From positions 96,001 to 160,000 of the forward strand of contig CAWBQK010000006.1 in assembly GCA_963791045.1 (NCBI GenBank): 64,000 nt of DNA. The letters are read 5' to 3'. The notes beneath the pieces are model-generated. The model saw nothing but the letters and a program-made list of their open reading frames with translations. It was not told the DNA's origin and ran no database searches. The stretch comes from Candidatus Latescibacterota bacterium. Its GTDB lineage: Bacteria; Krumholzibacteriota; Krumholzibacteriia; WVZY01. Shown here one piece after another: positions 1 through 11,900 of this stretch (positions are counted from its first letter, which is position 1; each line of letters starts with the position of its first letter). The position numbers and the translations under genes are program-made.

Positions 1-136
1 CAACAGTATCCCGTAGGTACCAGGCTAAACCAGGAATAAAGGACCTCATGAATTGGAGGCCAAAGGTGATTACCAGGACGGGGAGGGAATAAGAGCGAAT
101 CTGGGTTGCGATCCTTGAATAATATGACTGTTCCAT
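1..136 (-). CDS. 5' part of a membrane protein running off the window edge (MEQSYYSRIATQIRSYSLPVLVITFGLQFMRSFIPGLAWYLRDTV...)
   Basis: Translated by hand: ATG at 136 with GGGAG RBS upstream, frame open to nt 1, hydrophobic segment. Confidence 0.6.
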   Translation of the reverse strand, partial: MEQSYYSRIATQIRSYSLPVLVITFGLQFMRSFIPGLAWYLRDTV

Positions 137-392
137 CTAAAACTCCCTGATAAATAACTGCAGTTTCGAATATCTGGTCATGAAGACAGAGTGACTGAGC
201 ATCTTTGCATTGTTCAATGAGAGGTAGCTATATTGAAAATTAAAAAAGGAAGAAAAAAACTATATTTATAATAGCATATCAAAAATTTTATTACAATTAG
301 CACCAAATATCCATTGAGATATAAAAATTTGTTAGTAATCTTATTAACCAAAACTTGGTAGAATAGGCAGTATTGATTTATGAGGAGAAGGA

Positions 393-2416
393 ATGATCTC
401 GGAAAAAAAATCCAAGTCATCTGATGAGCGGCTGCTAGTGAGCGTTCTATTTGTGGATATTATTGGTTTTTCATCCATGGCGGATCAGCTCAAGCCGGAA
501 CAGATCAGTTCGGTTACTGGAGATTTATGGGGTGAAATCAACCAGATCATCAAGGAACATGGTGGTTTGATTGTCAACCAACTGGGAGATTCGCTGATGG
601 TGATCTGGGGAGCACCTGAATCCCAGGAAGATGATACTGAAAAAGCAGTGTTTGCTAGCCTGGCATTAATGGACGGACTCAATCGTTATCAAGAATCAAC
701 TAAGCATCCGGCAGCAAAATCCCTCCGTTTGAGGATGGGTATCCACACCGGGCTGGCTCTGGTTGGTAATGTTGGCGCGCGCGGTGATTTCACAGTGCTT
801 GGTGATACAGTTAAAATTGCTAAAAGCATGGAAGAATGTGGCCGGCCGGGTGACTTGGTTGTCAGTGAAGCAACTTTCCAGAATATCAGGGGAGCGTTTC
901 AGGTCAAACGCCTGGCCCCGATCCAACTCGTGGATACAAAAGCTCTCGTGAATACCTTTCAGATTATCGAAGAGCTTCCTCAACCAACCAAACTTCGGTA
1001 TCGCAGTAAAGGCGGCCTGGAAACAAACCTTGTTGGCCGTAGCGATGAGATGGATCATTTGGCTGACATATACCTAAACGTTCAGGAAAAGAACGAAACT
1101 CACCTGGCGCTGGTCACCGGTGCGGTTGGTGTAGGTAAATCACGTCTGTTATTTGAATTTGCGGGACATCTTGAAACTGAAAACCCACTCCTGACAGTGA
1201 TGTCCAGCAGAGCTCTCGAACAAACCTCCCGGATTCCTTACTATCTCTGGAAGGAACTTTGGTGCAATCGTTTTGAAATTAATGAAGACGATCCGCTAGA
1301 AGTCTCTCAAAAAAAGACTATTGATGGTGTCCTGACTCTATGGGGCAGGGCGCTTGGAGAAGTAACGGCAATAGAAGCTGCTCATTTCCTGGGCAGTTTA
1401 ATCGGAGTGAATTGGGCGAAAAGTCGCTATCTGGATTCTTATCAAACCAAACCCAAAGAAAGGGTAGAAAGAGCTTTTGAATTGATGGGAGAACTGCTGG
1501 TTCGGGCTTCGCAGCGGGGTCCATTGGTATTGATATTGGATGATCTTCATTGGGCGGACCCTGGCAGCTTGAAATTGATAAACATCTTTGGGGAACAAAT
1601 GGTCAAGCCTTGCCGCTCTTATTGCTAACCAGTGCCAGAGAGGATTTCCTGGATGAGGGTGGGTCCGATTTCTTGAGCGCAGACCGCATCGAATTACAGG
1701 CATTGCCAATTTCTGCTGATCTTGTGCGGGAAGCCTATCCAATATTGAAGAAAGAGCCTGAAAATGTATTGATCGCCCTTGCAAGAAAATCTCAAGGGAA
1801 TCCTTATCATCTTGAGGAGATGATTAAAAAATTGCTAGAGGTGGGAGAATTAAATGAGGCCAATGTCAATAAACTACCACAAACATTGGATGGTCTGTTG
1901 CGATCACGTTTGGATTCTCTATCTCTTGAAGGCCGGGCGACAGCTTATTTTGCCGCCGTATCTGGAAGAGTATTTTGGAAAGGCTCTGTCCTGGCAGCCT
2001 ATCGGGGCGCACCTGGCGTGACTCAGGTTTTAGATGTTTCAAGTCATAACCTGGTAGGCAAAGTACAGAAATCCCTGGACGAATTGATGGAAAAAGAACT
2101 GGCTTTTTTGAGGGTGGGAAGCTCATTCTCAGGTGATCGGGAATACATATTCAAGCATTCATATCTGAGGGAAGTAGCCTATCAACGATTGCCGGATGAC
2201 TTGAAAGAAGCATGTCATCATGCGGTGGCAACCTGGTTGGCTGATAGGATTGGACCTGAGAGAAGCATCAGTGTGGCCTATCATTTTGAAAAAGCCAGGG
2301 TCTTTGATCGCGCCCAGGAGTTTTATACCAGGGCTGCAGATTATGCCAGAGAATTAGGAAGTATTGAAGAGGCGGATGATATCCAGTATCATGCCCGCAC
2401 CTTGCCGAATGAGTAA
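393..2416 (+). CDS. Class III adenylate/guanylate cyclase-like domain fused to an AAA/STAND-type ATPase; one frameshift near 1570-1600 (ORFs 393..1628 and 1550..2416)
   Basis: LFVDIIGFS, LGDS and RMGIHTG cyclase motifs; Walker A GAVGVGKS; Walker B LILDDLHWAD; GNPYHLEE and FKHSYLREVAY motifs in the second ORF. Confidence 0.85.
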
Positions 2417-2426
2417 ATGGGGGTAA

Positions 2427-4385
2427 ATGATGTCAAAAATCTATTTGGAAGATATTCCCCTGGATGAAGCCAGGAATCGATTACAAGAGAAAATCAAAGC
2501 TGCCGGTTTGTGGAAGCTTCTTGAGGTAGAAACCTTGGGGCTGGATGAAAATCTAGTAGGAAGGATGCTGGCAAGAACATTGTGGGCTAAGATCAACTCG
2601 CCGCATTATAACGGTTCAGCGATGGATGGTTTTGCTGTTAAATCAGAGCTAACACACGGCGCTCTGGAAACAGCTCCGGTCTCACTTCAATTTGGCAAGG
2701 ATGCTATTTATTTGGACACCGGCGACCCGCTGCCCGAATGGGCTGATGCAGTGATTCCCATAGAAAATATTGAAGCATTAAACGAAAACGGTGAAGCAGC
2801 CAAAGACTCCCGCCAGCCCAGCTCTATCCAGATCAGAGCAGCTGTCTCCCCCTGGACCCATGTCCGTGAAATGGGTGAGGATATGGTTGCAACCCAATTG
2901 GTATTGCCGCAAGGACATAAGCTAAAACCTGTAGATCTGGGGGCTGCAGCAGGAGCAGGTTATGATTCTCTGGATGTAGCCCGCAAGCCAAAAGTTGCTG
3001 TGATCCCTACAGGAACAGAGCTGGTGTATCCGGGAGATCCGCTTCAGGCAGGAGATATCATTGAATATAACTCAATCGTGCTGGCTGCACAGGTTAAAGA
3101 ATGGGGTGGAGAAGCCACCCGGATTCCGAACGTCCCAGATGATTATGACCGAATCAAATCAGAAGTAATAAAAGCAGCTCAAGAGCATGACCTGGTATTG
3201 CTTGTGGCGGGTTCTTCAGCGGGCTCAGAAGATTTCTCGGCCCGGATTGTGGACGAGTGTGGAGAGCTGCTCGTGCATGGTGTGGCAGTGAGACCCGGCC
3301 ATCCTGTCATCCTGGGGATGATAAAAGGGGAGGGGAAAGAGACGCCAATTGTTGGGGTGCCGGGTTATCCTGTTTCTGCAGCCCTGACAGCAGAGATATT
3401 TGTGGAACCATTATTGGCAAACTGGTTAGGCCGGGTACCGACAAAACCAGAAGAACTTACTGCCTCAATTACAAGAAAAGTAAACTCTCCAGCTGGAGAT
3501 GATGAATATTTGCGAGTGGCAGTTGGATACCTGGGGGATAAAGCTCTGGCAGCGCCTCTTTCCCGGGGATCTGGCGTGATCACATCCCTGGTCAGAGCTG
3601 ACGGCTTGGTGGTCATCCCACGTGGCGTGCAGGGTTTACAGGCTGGTGCTGAGGTCAAGGTTCGTTTATATCGCTCGCGTGATGAATTATATAATACGAT
3701 ATTTGTGATTGGATCCCATGATTTGACCCTGGACCTGCTGGCCCAGTTCCTATCTCCTCTCGAGCGCAGACTGGCATCGGTGAATGTTGGCAGCCTGGGC
3801 GGTATTATGGCTCTAAAACGGGGAGAAACCCACCTGGCAGGCTCTCACTTGCTGGATCCTGAGAGCGGAGAATACAATCTTACTTATATCAGGCAGCATA
3901 TTCCTGAAATTCCTTTGCGTGTAGTAACATTAGTGGGGCGCACCCAGGGATTGTTCCTGGCCAAAGGAAATCCTAAAAAAATCCAGGGATTGGAGGATTT
4001 GAACCGCCAGGACCTCAGTTTTGTGAACCGCCAGCATGGGGCTGGAACCCGTTTATTGCTTGATTACCACCTGGAGGAGCTGGGCATTTCACATGATAAT
4101 ATCAGAGGTTACTCGCATGAAGAATATACTCACCTGGGTGCAGCAGCTGTGGTGGCTTCTGGAAGGGCAGATTGTGCCCTAGGTATTGAAGCAGCTTCAT
4201 TCGCATTGGATCTTGATTTTTTGCCCCTATATTCTGAGCGATATGATCTTTTGATTCCGGAAAAGTATGCCCAAACAGAGTTGTTGAATCCTTTGCTGGA
4301 TTTATTAGAAGATCCTATATTCAGAAAAGCTGTTGCGGAACGACCAGGATATGATGTCTCGGAAATGGGTAAGATTGTTAAATAG
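2427..4385 (+). CDS. moeA: Molybdopterin molybdotransferase MoeA with C-terminal PBP (LysR-type substrate-binding) domain
   Basis: SAMDGFAV, TGTEL, GSSAGSEDF, VRPGHP, GVPGYPVSA; C-terminal GSHD...VGSLGG...NRQHGAGTR PBP domain. Confidence 0.9.
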   Translation: MMSKIYLEDIPLDEARNRLQEKIKAAGLWKLLEVETLGLDENLVGRMLARTLWAKINSPHYNGSAMDGFAVKSELTHGALETAPVSLQFGKDAIYLDTGDPLPEWADAVIPIENIEALNENGEAAKDSRQPSSIQIRAAVSPWTHVREMGEDMVATQLVLPQGHKLKPVDLGAAAGAGYDSLDVARKPKVAVIPTGTELVYPGDPLQAGDIIEYNSIVLAAQVKEWGGEATRIPNVPDDYDRIKSEVIKAAQEHDLVLLVAGSSAGSEDFSARIVDECGELLVHGVAVRPGHPVILGMIKGEGKETPIVGVPGYPVSAALTAEIFVEPLLANWLGRVPTKPEELTASITRKVNSPAGDDEYLRVAVGYLGDKALAAPLSRGSGVITSLVRADGLVVIPRGVQGLQAGAEVKVRLYRSRDELYNTIFVIGSHDLTLDLLAQFLSPLERRLASVNVGSLGGIMALKRGETHLAGSHLLDPESGEYNLTYIRQHIPEIPLRVVTLVGRTQGLFLAKGNPKKIQGLEDLNRQDLSFVNRQHGAGTRLLLDYHLEELGISHDNIRGYSHEEYTHLGAAAVVASGRADCALGIEAASFALDLDFLPLYSERYDLLIPEKYAQTELLNPLLDLLEDPIFRKAVAERPGYDVSEMGKIVK

Positions 4386-4518
4386 TTGCTTGATCATCCT
4401 CCGGATGATATTCAATAACAGAGAGGTGGGTAATTCAATCTTTTTCTTCACAAATATTCAATCTCGTCTATAATGGTGTTGAAAAATTTCAAGTTCTTTA
4501 AATGTTGGAGGAAGGACG

Positions 4519-5726
4519 ATGGCTGTATTAAAAGAAATAAAGGTGTGATAGGTATCCTGACTGGTGGCGGAGACGTACCTGGACTCAATCCGGCAATCCG
4601 GGCTGTGACCATCCGGGCATTAAGGGAAGGCTATCAAGTGATTGGTTTGCGGCGGGGCTGGGCTGGAATAATGGAACTCATCCGTGACAAGAAAGCTGAT
4701 AACCAGTTTAATTTTGAAATCCTGACCGAAGAGCGTGTCAATAAAATGGGTCGCACAGGTGGAACTTTTTTGCACACATCCCGAACACGTCCCAGTAATG
4801 TATCCAAGGATTCAGTTCCAATACACCTGAGAGATGTATACACAGAAGAGGTGAACGATCTCACTCCAGAAGTTGTTAAAAACCTTGAATGGCTGGGAGT
4901 TGATTATTTGATCCCGATTGGTGGCGATGACACCCTCAGCTATGCAGTAGAGTTATACCGAAAGGGTGTGAATGTTGTGGGGATACCTAAAACAATGGAT
5001 AATGATGTGCCAGGAACAGATTACTGCATTGGATTCAGCACCGCAGTAACGCGGACGATCGAGATCGTAAATAACTTGCGCACGACTGCCGGCTCCCATG
5101 AACGTTTTCTGGTATTGGAGGTTTTTGGTCGCTATGCGGGATTTACCGCCATGCTTCCAACAATGGCCGGTGCTGCGAATCGTTGTGTGATCCCGGAATA
5201 TAGATTTGATATTGAACAATTAACAGAGTTATTGGCAGAAGACCGTTTCAAGAATCCCAGTCGCTACTCGATTGTCCTGGTGTCAGAAGGCGCTCTGTTC
5301 ACCGGTGAAGAGATGATCTTTGAAGATTCCATTGTTGACGCCTATGGTCATAAAAAATTGGGCGGTATAGGGGATTTGGTATCCGAAGAATTGAAAAATC
5401 GCTCGGCAAAATATAATGACGGGAAAAAGATCAATGTTGTTAACCAAAAGTTAGCTTACCTGGTTCGAGGTGGAAGCCCCGATGCCATTGATTCGATCGT
5501 TCCTATGGCGTATGGCAATCTGGCCTTGGATCTGATCCTGCAGGGCGTGCACGGGCGGTTGGTTGTGCTTAAGAATGGTCGATATGACAATATGCCAATT
5601 GAAGTCCTCTCCGGAAATAGCAAAGTAGTTGATGTAGAACGTTTCTACAACACTGAACGCCTGCGGCCGCATTATAAAAAGTTTGCTATGAAGCCTTTGT
5701 TCATTATGATGGCCGAGGATGGCTAG
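4519..5726 (+). CDS. pfkA: 6-phosphofructokinase, PfkA family, probably PPi-dependent; likely true start ATG 4519 with a 1-nt deletion in the following A-run
   Basis: GILTGGGDVPGLN, GGTFLHTSR, IGGDDT, PKTMDND, EVFGR; GGAGGAAGG RBS before 4519. Confidence 0.9.
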
Positions 5727-5789
5727 AGAGCGTTTCCAGTCAAATGCTGTTGTATAATGAAACCAGAACGGGAAATTATTTAGTTCATA

Positions 5790-6212
5790 TTGGAGGGTCA
5801 GGTGTTCTTTTTAGCCGGGAAAAACGAGAGGTTGGGTTATAAATGTTTCTGGGTCACACTGATCGGAATACCTATTGGCCTTATGGTCTGGTGGTTTTTG
5901 AGATGGTTCTTTTTACCAAGTGATGAACGAACCTCAGCGGTAGAAATCGAGGCTCCCCGCTCAGAAGCCAAGCGCTTACCTATCAAGAAAGATGATTTCC
6001 GAAAATTGAAAGGTGTCGGCCCCAAGAGTGCAGAAGCACTTTACCGGGCAAGAGTGTATTCCTTTGAGCAGTTGGGTTTGATGGATCTGGAAAAATTAGA
6101 AGGGATCTTGAAGAAAAATAATCTTCCCGCCTCTGGAGCGGCTTTTTGGCAGAAACAAGCTAGTTTGGCCGCCGCTGAAGAATGGAAGTTGTTCGAAAAA
6201 TTGCAGAAATAA
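5790..6212 (+). CDS. Small membrane-anchored helix-hairpin-helix domain protein (start uncertain)
   Basis: N-terminal TM segment; DDFRKLKGVGPKSAEALYRARVYSFEQL HhH-like motif. Confidence 0.7.
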   Translation: MEGQVFFLAGKNERLGYKCFWVTLIGIPIGLMVWWFLRWFFLPSDERTSAVEIEAPRSEAKRLPIKKDDFRKLKGVGPKSAEALYRARVYSFEQLGLMDLEKLEGILKKNNLPASGAAFWQKQASLAAAEEWKLFEKLQK

Positions 6213-6238
6213 ATAACACAAGCTGTAGATATAAACAT

Positions 6239-6276
6239 AAGGATACGGTTTCTTTAGGGAAAACGTATCCTTTTTT
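6239..6276. terminator. Intrinsic terminator between convergent genes
   Basis: AAGGATACG...CGTATCCTT stem followed by a T-run. Confidence 0.7.
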
Positions 6277-6279
6277 ACT

Positions 6280-8856
6280 TTAACGAGAAACGGCTAACTT
6301 CACCATCTTTCCGGCTTTATCGAAAGTCACCCGGGCGTAATGACGATGAGTTGTTTTGCCTTTGTCTTGCGGCGTCTCATAACTCTTGCTCAAAGTTACC
6401 ACGTGGCGCTGCCCAAGGGTTTCCTCATGTACTTTACTGCCAAAATGAGCTGTAGCGCAATCATGACCATCTCCGCTGCAAACCTTCTTTTCTGTGCTTA
6501 GAACCATTTCTGCACCTTCCATACCCGGCAGATAACGTTTAACAACATGTTTTACGTGCATGAGCGTTGCAGATGGGATGTCTGTTGTGAGGTTAGCGCG
6601 ATCACAAACGGTTTTTACTTCCACCGGTTTGTGCCGCGGATCGGCCACAGGGGTTTTAGCCTGGACCCTTTCCGCAGTTGAAGGACTTGCCAGAGGATCA
6701 CCGAAGTGCAGGAAGGAAATTAGAGTTTTCTGGTCTTCGCCATCCAGATATCCCTGGCGAGAGTTCATCTCATGGGCCAGCTCGATCTTTGCTTTTTGCA
6801 AGGCAATTCCGCTTGAAAGGCCCAGATCAATAAACTTCCAGAAGTTCTCTGCTAGAAGATCAGCTGCAATCAGGGGAGAAGCTACAGAACCATACGCCGT
6901 TACTGAGGACCCTACTACAGCGTGAGATCCCCGGGAAAGATATTTCAGAGATATGGAGTCTTCGATTTCACGTCCTTTTAAATGGGCCCCATAACAAGCC
7001 TCTGAGAATACGAATAATGGAGCATCATCAAATGCGTTGATATCTTGAGGTCGGAGAGCGATCGGATAATCTGGACCGACGCTGCCGTTAGTGAAATCCT
7101 TCTGGCCAAACCAATTTGGAGAATCCTCAACACCGTGAAGGTTAAAGTATCCATAGCGTGTCACAGGCACGGGAATCTCACTATCTTTTCCATAAGGAGG
7201 GGAGGTGACCAGATCACCACGCTCCTTGATGGTTTTGAAGACATCCTGGGATGCGGATTTCCAGGCTTCGGCCACATAGCCAAAACTTCGATTGTGGTGG
7301 GCTTTACCTTTGAACAGGGAAGCCAACCAGTCTAGAAAACGTTCCCAGAGGTTTCTTGGATCCTGGATCTTCCCCATATGATGTTCAGAGATATGGCGAA
7401 GCATATCTAAAAGCAATCCAGGGTCGCTATCGGCCCCTCCAGGAAGACGGCCAACAGGCCACTCAGGGATGAAATAATTTTCATCGATAGTTCCATATGG
7501 GTTATCAGATGGAACTTCTGCATCAACATCAGCAACTGGATTTGGCAGTTTATGATAGGGGACTACATCGGGACCACCCACGATTAACAGAGCGCCTATC
7601 ATCAACCCTTTTTCATTCAATACCCGATCCGTATCTGCCAGGGCGAGTTTCAGGGCCCAGGGATCATCGGAAAGAGTAGGTTTGAGCCCAAAGTTAGCCA
7701 TACTAGAGGGATCATCTGCCAGCAGCATAATAGCACCCCAGCCTGGTTTTAATCGTACTGCATGGGTTGTCTTTCTCATTTCTGTGAGGATTATTGAAGC
7801 GGTTTCAGGACCATATTTATTTTCCAGCCCTTTCCGTGTGGAAAAAACAACATACATGGGGAATTTTCCGCCTTCCCGCTTGGCTTTTTTCTGGGTCGCA
7901 AACTCGAGGTCATCGTCAATATTGATCAATATTTCCGGGGTATGAATTCCTTTGGATTCCATGGTTTCACTGAAGTTATGGAACTCATTCAATTCAGGGC
8001 CTTTATCTTCAATGGAACCGGAAGTCAATTGGTTCCTGCCCAGAGCGCCATTTACAGCGGCCGGGATAGGGATTTCCATAAAAGTGCTTAGGATTTCTGG
8101 CCATAAATTTTTATAGGCGTGATTTTCTCCCCACAGGCGGCGCGCCACCTGTCCGGTAAGATCAAGTGAGGCAGCTTTGTGTATCAAGCCAACACCTTTA
8201 TCAGATTGTCCCCCTTTGATCAAGGAATCTGCCAGGACCAGAAGTGGTAAAAGAGCATTGGGAAATTTCCTTTGATAATGTTCTGCCAGTTGTCGCAAAG
8301 CCAGGTCAGGTGTTTCTGAATCCATGACAAGCAGTTCTAGATGTGTAGTAGCTGCCAAAGCTGATTTTGGGTCTAAACCCAATAGTTCCGGTAGATTTTT
8401 CGCAGCAGATTTGTGATCGCCCTTTTCTAGGTAGGCTTTAACTTTCGCTAGTGGGCGTGCCCAATCCGGGATATGTTTCTTAATCTCTGGATCACGGAAT
8501 AGCCGCTGATTGGGTGCCAATGCAAATAATTCACCTATGATTTCCTCTTTCATCTCCTCAGGATTATTGACCTCGAAGCGCACTTGCTGTGCTTCTTGAT
8601 AATCTGGATCGATCTGACAAATACTGTCAATCAGAGCAATAGCCTGATCGTTTTTAGCGGCGATTGCAGTAGCCTGGGCATGGATCAGCTGGACTGGTAG
8701 GTCACCAGGATAAATCGCCAACCAGGTTAATGTTGCTTTCCTGATAAAGTTATATTCATTTACAGCTGCCGCGACACCGAGAATTTCAATCAATTGGTCT
8801 CGCTGCCAGGGTTGTCCCTGACGGGGTGGAGTTTGAGGAGTTTTTTTCATAAGCAC
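6280..8856 (-). CDS. TPR-like N-terminus plus C25 (gingipain-like, caspase/hemoglobinase fold) cysteine peptidase domain
   Basis: LLIVGGPDVVP, SDNPYG, VGRLP (C25 N-subdomain); YFNLHG His and FSEACYG Cys dyad; VVGSS and FLHFGDP. Confidence 0.75.
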   Translation of the reverse strand: MLMKKTPQTPPRQGQPWQRDQLIEILGVAAAVNEYNFIRKATLTWLAIYPGDLPVQLIHAQATAIAAKNDQAIALIDSICQIDPDYQEAQQVRFEVNNPEEMKEEIIGELFALAPNQRLFRDPEIKKHIPDWARPLAKVKAYLEKGDHKSAAKNLPELLGLDPKSALAATTHLELLVMDSETPDLALRQLAEHYQRKFPNALLPLLVLADSLIKGGQSDKGVGLIHKAASLDLTGQVARRLWGENHAYKNLWPEILSTFMEIPIPAAVNGALGRNQLTSGSIEDKGPELNEFHNFSETMESKGIHTPEILINIDDDLEFATQKKAKREGGKFPMYVVFSTRKGLENKYGPETASIILTEMRKTTHAVRLKPGWGAIMLLADDPSSMANFGLKPTLSDDPWALKLALADTDRVLNEKGLMIGALLIVGGPDVVPYHKLPNPVADVDAEVPSDNPYGTIDENYFIPEWPVGRLPGGADSDPGLLLDMLRHISEHHMGKIQDPRNLWERFLDWLASLFKGKAHHNRSFGYVAEAWKSASQDVFKTIKERGDLVTSPPYGKDSEIPVPVTRYGYFNLHGVEDSPNWFGQKDFTNGSVGPDYPIALRPQDINAFDDAPLFVFSEACYGAHLKGREIEDSISLKYLSRGSHAVVGSSVTAYGSVASPLIAADLLAENFWKFIDLGLSSGIALQKAKIELAHEMNSRQGYLDGEDQKTLISFLHFGDPLASPSTAERVQAKTPVADPRHKPVEVKTVCDRANLTTDIPSATLMHVKHVVKRYLPGMEGAEMVLSTEKKVCSGDGHDCATAHFGSKVHEETLGQRHVVTLSKSYETPQDKGKTTHRHYARVTFDKAGKMVKLAVSR

Positions 8857-8913
8857 ACATTCCGATGTGGACTAAATTTAGTGCAATTGGATCTTAGAAT
8901 TTGAATCAACTTA

Positions 8914-11900
8914 TCACACCCTGACTTGCTGACGCTTTTCTCCGTGCACCAGGTTTAATGTGACCAGAACTCCAAGTTGGCGGTGAATCTTTAAATCATT
9001 TGGTGCCAGTTTTGAGGCATTTCGCAGCATTTTTTCTGCCTGATTGTACTTTTTCAGGTCTTTAAGAACCTTTCCCGCCTGATAATAACCTTCCGCTTCT
9101 TCCGGTTCAATATCGATTGCTTTTTGGATCTGTTCCAGGGCCAGATTGTATTGCCGGCGGTCATGGTGCACACGGCCTAATTCCAGAATAGCCTCGTAGT
9201 TAGGAGTCACAAGTTTCTTCGCTTTATAAAGATGATGAACAGCCTGGTCCAATTGACCAGTATTTCGCAACATCCGGCCAGTTGTGAGATATAGATGGGC
9301 TTTTTGTTCCTTGGTGTGACCAATTTCATCGTTTTGTAAAAAGTCCAGGGCGGTTTTTATTGCCTGATCCATCTCTCCAGCCTCAGCTAAAGTAGTTACC
9401 AAATCCATTACTAAGGGATATTGGTCAGGAAAGTGACTTCCGATTATTCTCAATTCGTCAATTGCTGCCTGAGGGCCATCGATATACTTGATCATAGATG
9501 CACGCTGGAGTTTCAGTTCCAGAGATTCCTCATCAAGAGAGATAGCTTTGTCGATCACCCGCATAGCTTCTTCGCTTTGTTTTTGAGCAGTCAATGTTCG
9601 GGCAAAGAGTGCTAATAATTCAGTGTCGTGGGGTTCCTGTCCCATGAGAGTTACCAGATGTTTTTCAGATTCCCGGTAATTGCCATTTTCGAAGGTTAGT
9701 AATGCTGCAGTTTTTCTGGCTTCTTTGTGCTCTGGCGCCAGGGAAAGGGCTTCGTTGATGCTGGCCAATGCTTCCGGCATACGATGTAATTCTCTTTTTG
9801 CAAGGGCTCGCTGGATCCAGCTTTCAACATATTCAGGATTCAATGAAAGGGCAGTATCTATCGATTTCACAGCCGTTACTCCTTGCTTGGCAGTTAATTG
9901 ATGTTTACTAAGCGCAAGGTAATGACCGACGTATTCGGGTTCAAGTTTAATTGCCTTCTCATAATATGCAACACTTTGTTCGTAAGATTGAGCCATTTCT
10001 GCTGCCATCGCGTACCAGCGGGGTTCGGAATCCCAGATCTGAAGGGCTTTTTCCATCGATTCTTCAGCTGTCAGCAAGTCGTCAACAGCACTCGCAGTCA
10101 GTGCTTGCAGAACAAAATAGAGAGGAAGTTGAGTCTGGCGGGCCCGTTTAGCTCCTTCAAGAGCGGAGGCTGAGGCTTTGAAAGCTTGACTGGGTTTGCT
10201 TTTGATCAGGGCCAGAGCGATCTGAGCATCCAGGACAGGATCTTCCCCGAGTACATTGATGTGATCCAGAGCTGTCTGGGATGCAAATACCTTTTGGCGG
10301 CTATTGCGATAGGATGCAATCAAAGCTGCTTTTTCTGCGGATGTTGTTGCCAGAGATTGCAGAGCATCAGCTGATTCCTGGGTAGGAGCAAATACTGCGT
10401 TTCCCCTGATTTCCAGTCTATTGAGAATGGATTTTTCAACATCAAGCTCGCGGAGTACCTTCAGGCAGCTCTGGAAGCTTTGATAAACATCCGAGGAGAT
10501 TGAGATCTGGCTGGGAGCATTATGGATGACTTTGAAGCTCTCGAAAAAGAGCCGGTTCTCGGCCAGTAAGACATAACCATAAGCTAATTCATAAATAGCT
10601 CGTTTTTCTAATGGAGAGAGGTCAACGGCATGCTGCAAATGAACAGCTGCATCATCCCAGTGCTGGATCTCAAGGGCAGTTTTGCCTAAAGCGATTTCCA
10701 TCCCTGTGCTGAACATACGCTCCTCAGACGATGTGTTTTTCCAAGCAGTCACTGCTGCATCATATTTTGAACGAGCCTCTTTCAGGCTTCCCTGCCGGTT
10801 TAGAATGCGGGCTTGAAGGGCACTTACTCTGTGGTGCTCAGCGTGTTGAGAAACCAATAAATTACTGATCTCGGCAGCTTTAACCTCTTGGGATTGATCC
10901 AGGGCTAATTCTGCTGCCAGGCAAAGACTGTTGATCTTTTCCTCTGAGATTTTCTCTCCCTGGGGAATTGATCCAACTGTCAGATTGGTAAAAGGTCTAA
11001 AGCTGTTTCTGTCCGAAGTGTTCCACAGGCAAGATCCGCGGCCAGAGCCAGAGCAGCCTCAATTTCTTCAGCTGAACTGCCGTTTTCTTCATATTCAGAA
11101 AGGGCTTCCTGGGCATGATAAAAAGCTTCTTCGGATGCTCCGATTTGACTTTGCACTTTAGCCATCTTTTTGTGGAGAGCTGGTTGTCCTGGTGAAAGGT
11201 CCAGGGCATTTGACAAACTAGCAATCGCAGCCTGGTGGCGATCTCCCTTGATAAGTAGATCTGCTTTTTGGATGCGCCATTCAGGTTCATCAAGTTCTGC
11301 ACTGATAGCCTGGTCCAATAATTCAAGGGCTTTTTGCTGATCATCAAGCATGGCATAACCTGCCGCCTGAAGGGACCAAATTTTTGGCAGCAGGGGGGAC
11401 GGATCAGGATTGGCTTTGCAGATACTGATTGCCTTGTTTAAACTGTTCATTCCAGCTTCCATTTTTCCTAAATGGATCAGGGCATCACCAGCAATAAGAA
11501 GCTCCTCTGGTTGAATATCATCAAAATCTGACAGCATCATAAAAGCTTTACATGCTTCATCTTGATTCCCGGCTGATGATTGGGCTTTTCCAAGCAATAT
11601 ATAAGCTCTGGGATTATCAGGGTTGATACGGATTAATTTCTTTAATGAGGAAAGACCCTGTTCCGGGGAGCCAAGTTCTAATGTAAATGATGCTACCCAG
11701 GAGAGATTATCAGGATCCTGGGGAGCAATTTCAGCAGCTTTCTTAGCTGTTTCAAGTGCATTGGCTGTTAGGTTGGCAGCTTGATATGCTTCTGCAAGGC
11801 TGCGGGTCAGAGTCAAATCAGTGGGATAGCGGTCATGGCCATCTTTAAAAGCAGCGATAGCCGTTTCGGTTTCTCCTAATTTGAGAGCTGCTCTTCCCAA

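Noticed and set aside
214-420. 68-aa ORF in the AT-rich stretch
   Set aside because: Low-complexity translation of a divergent promoter region that overlaps the cyclase start; no RBS or motif.
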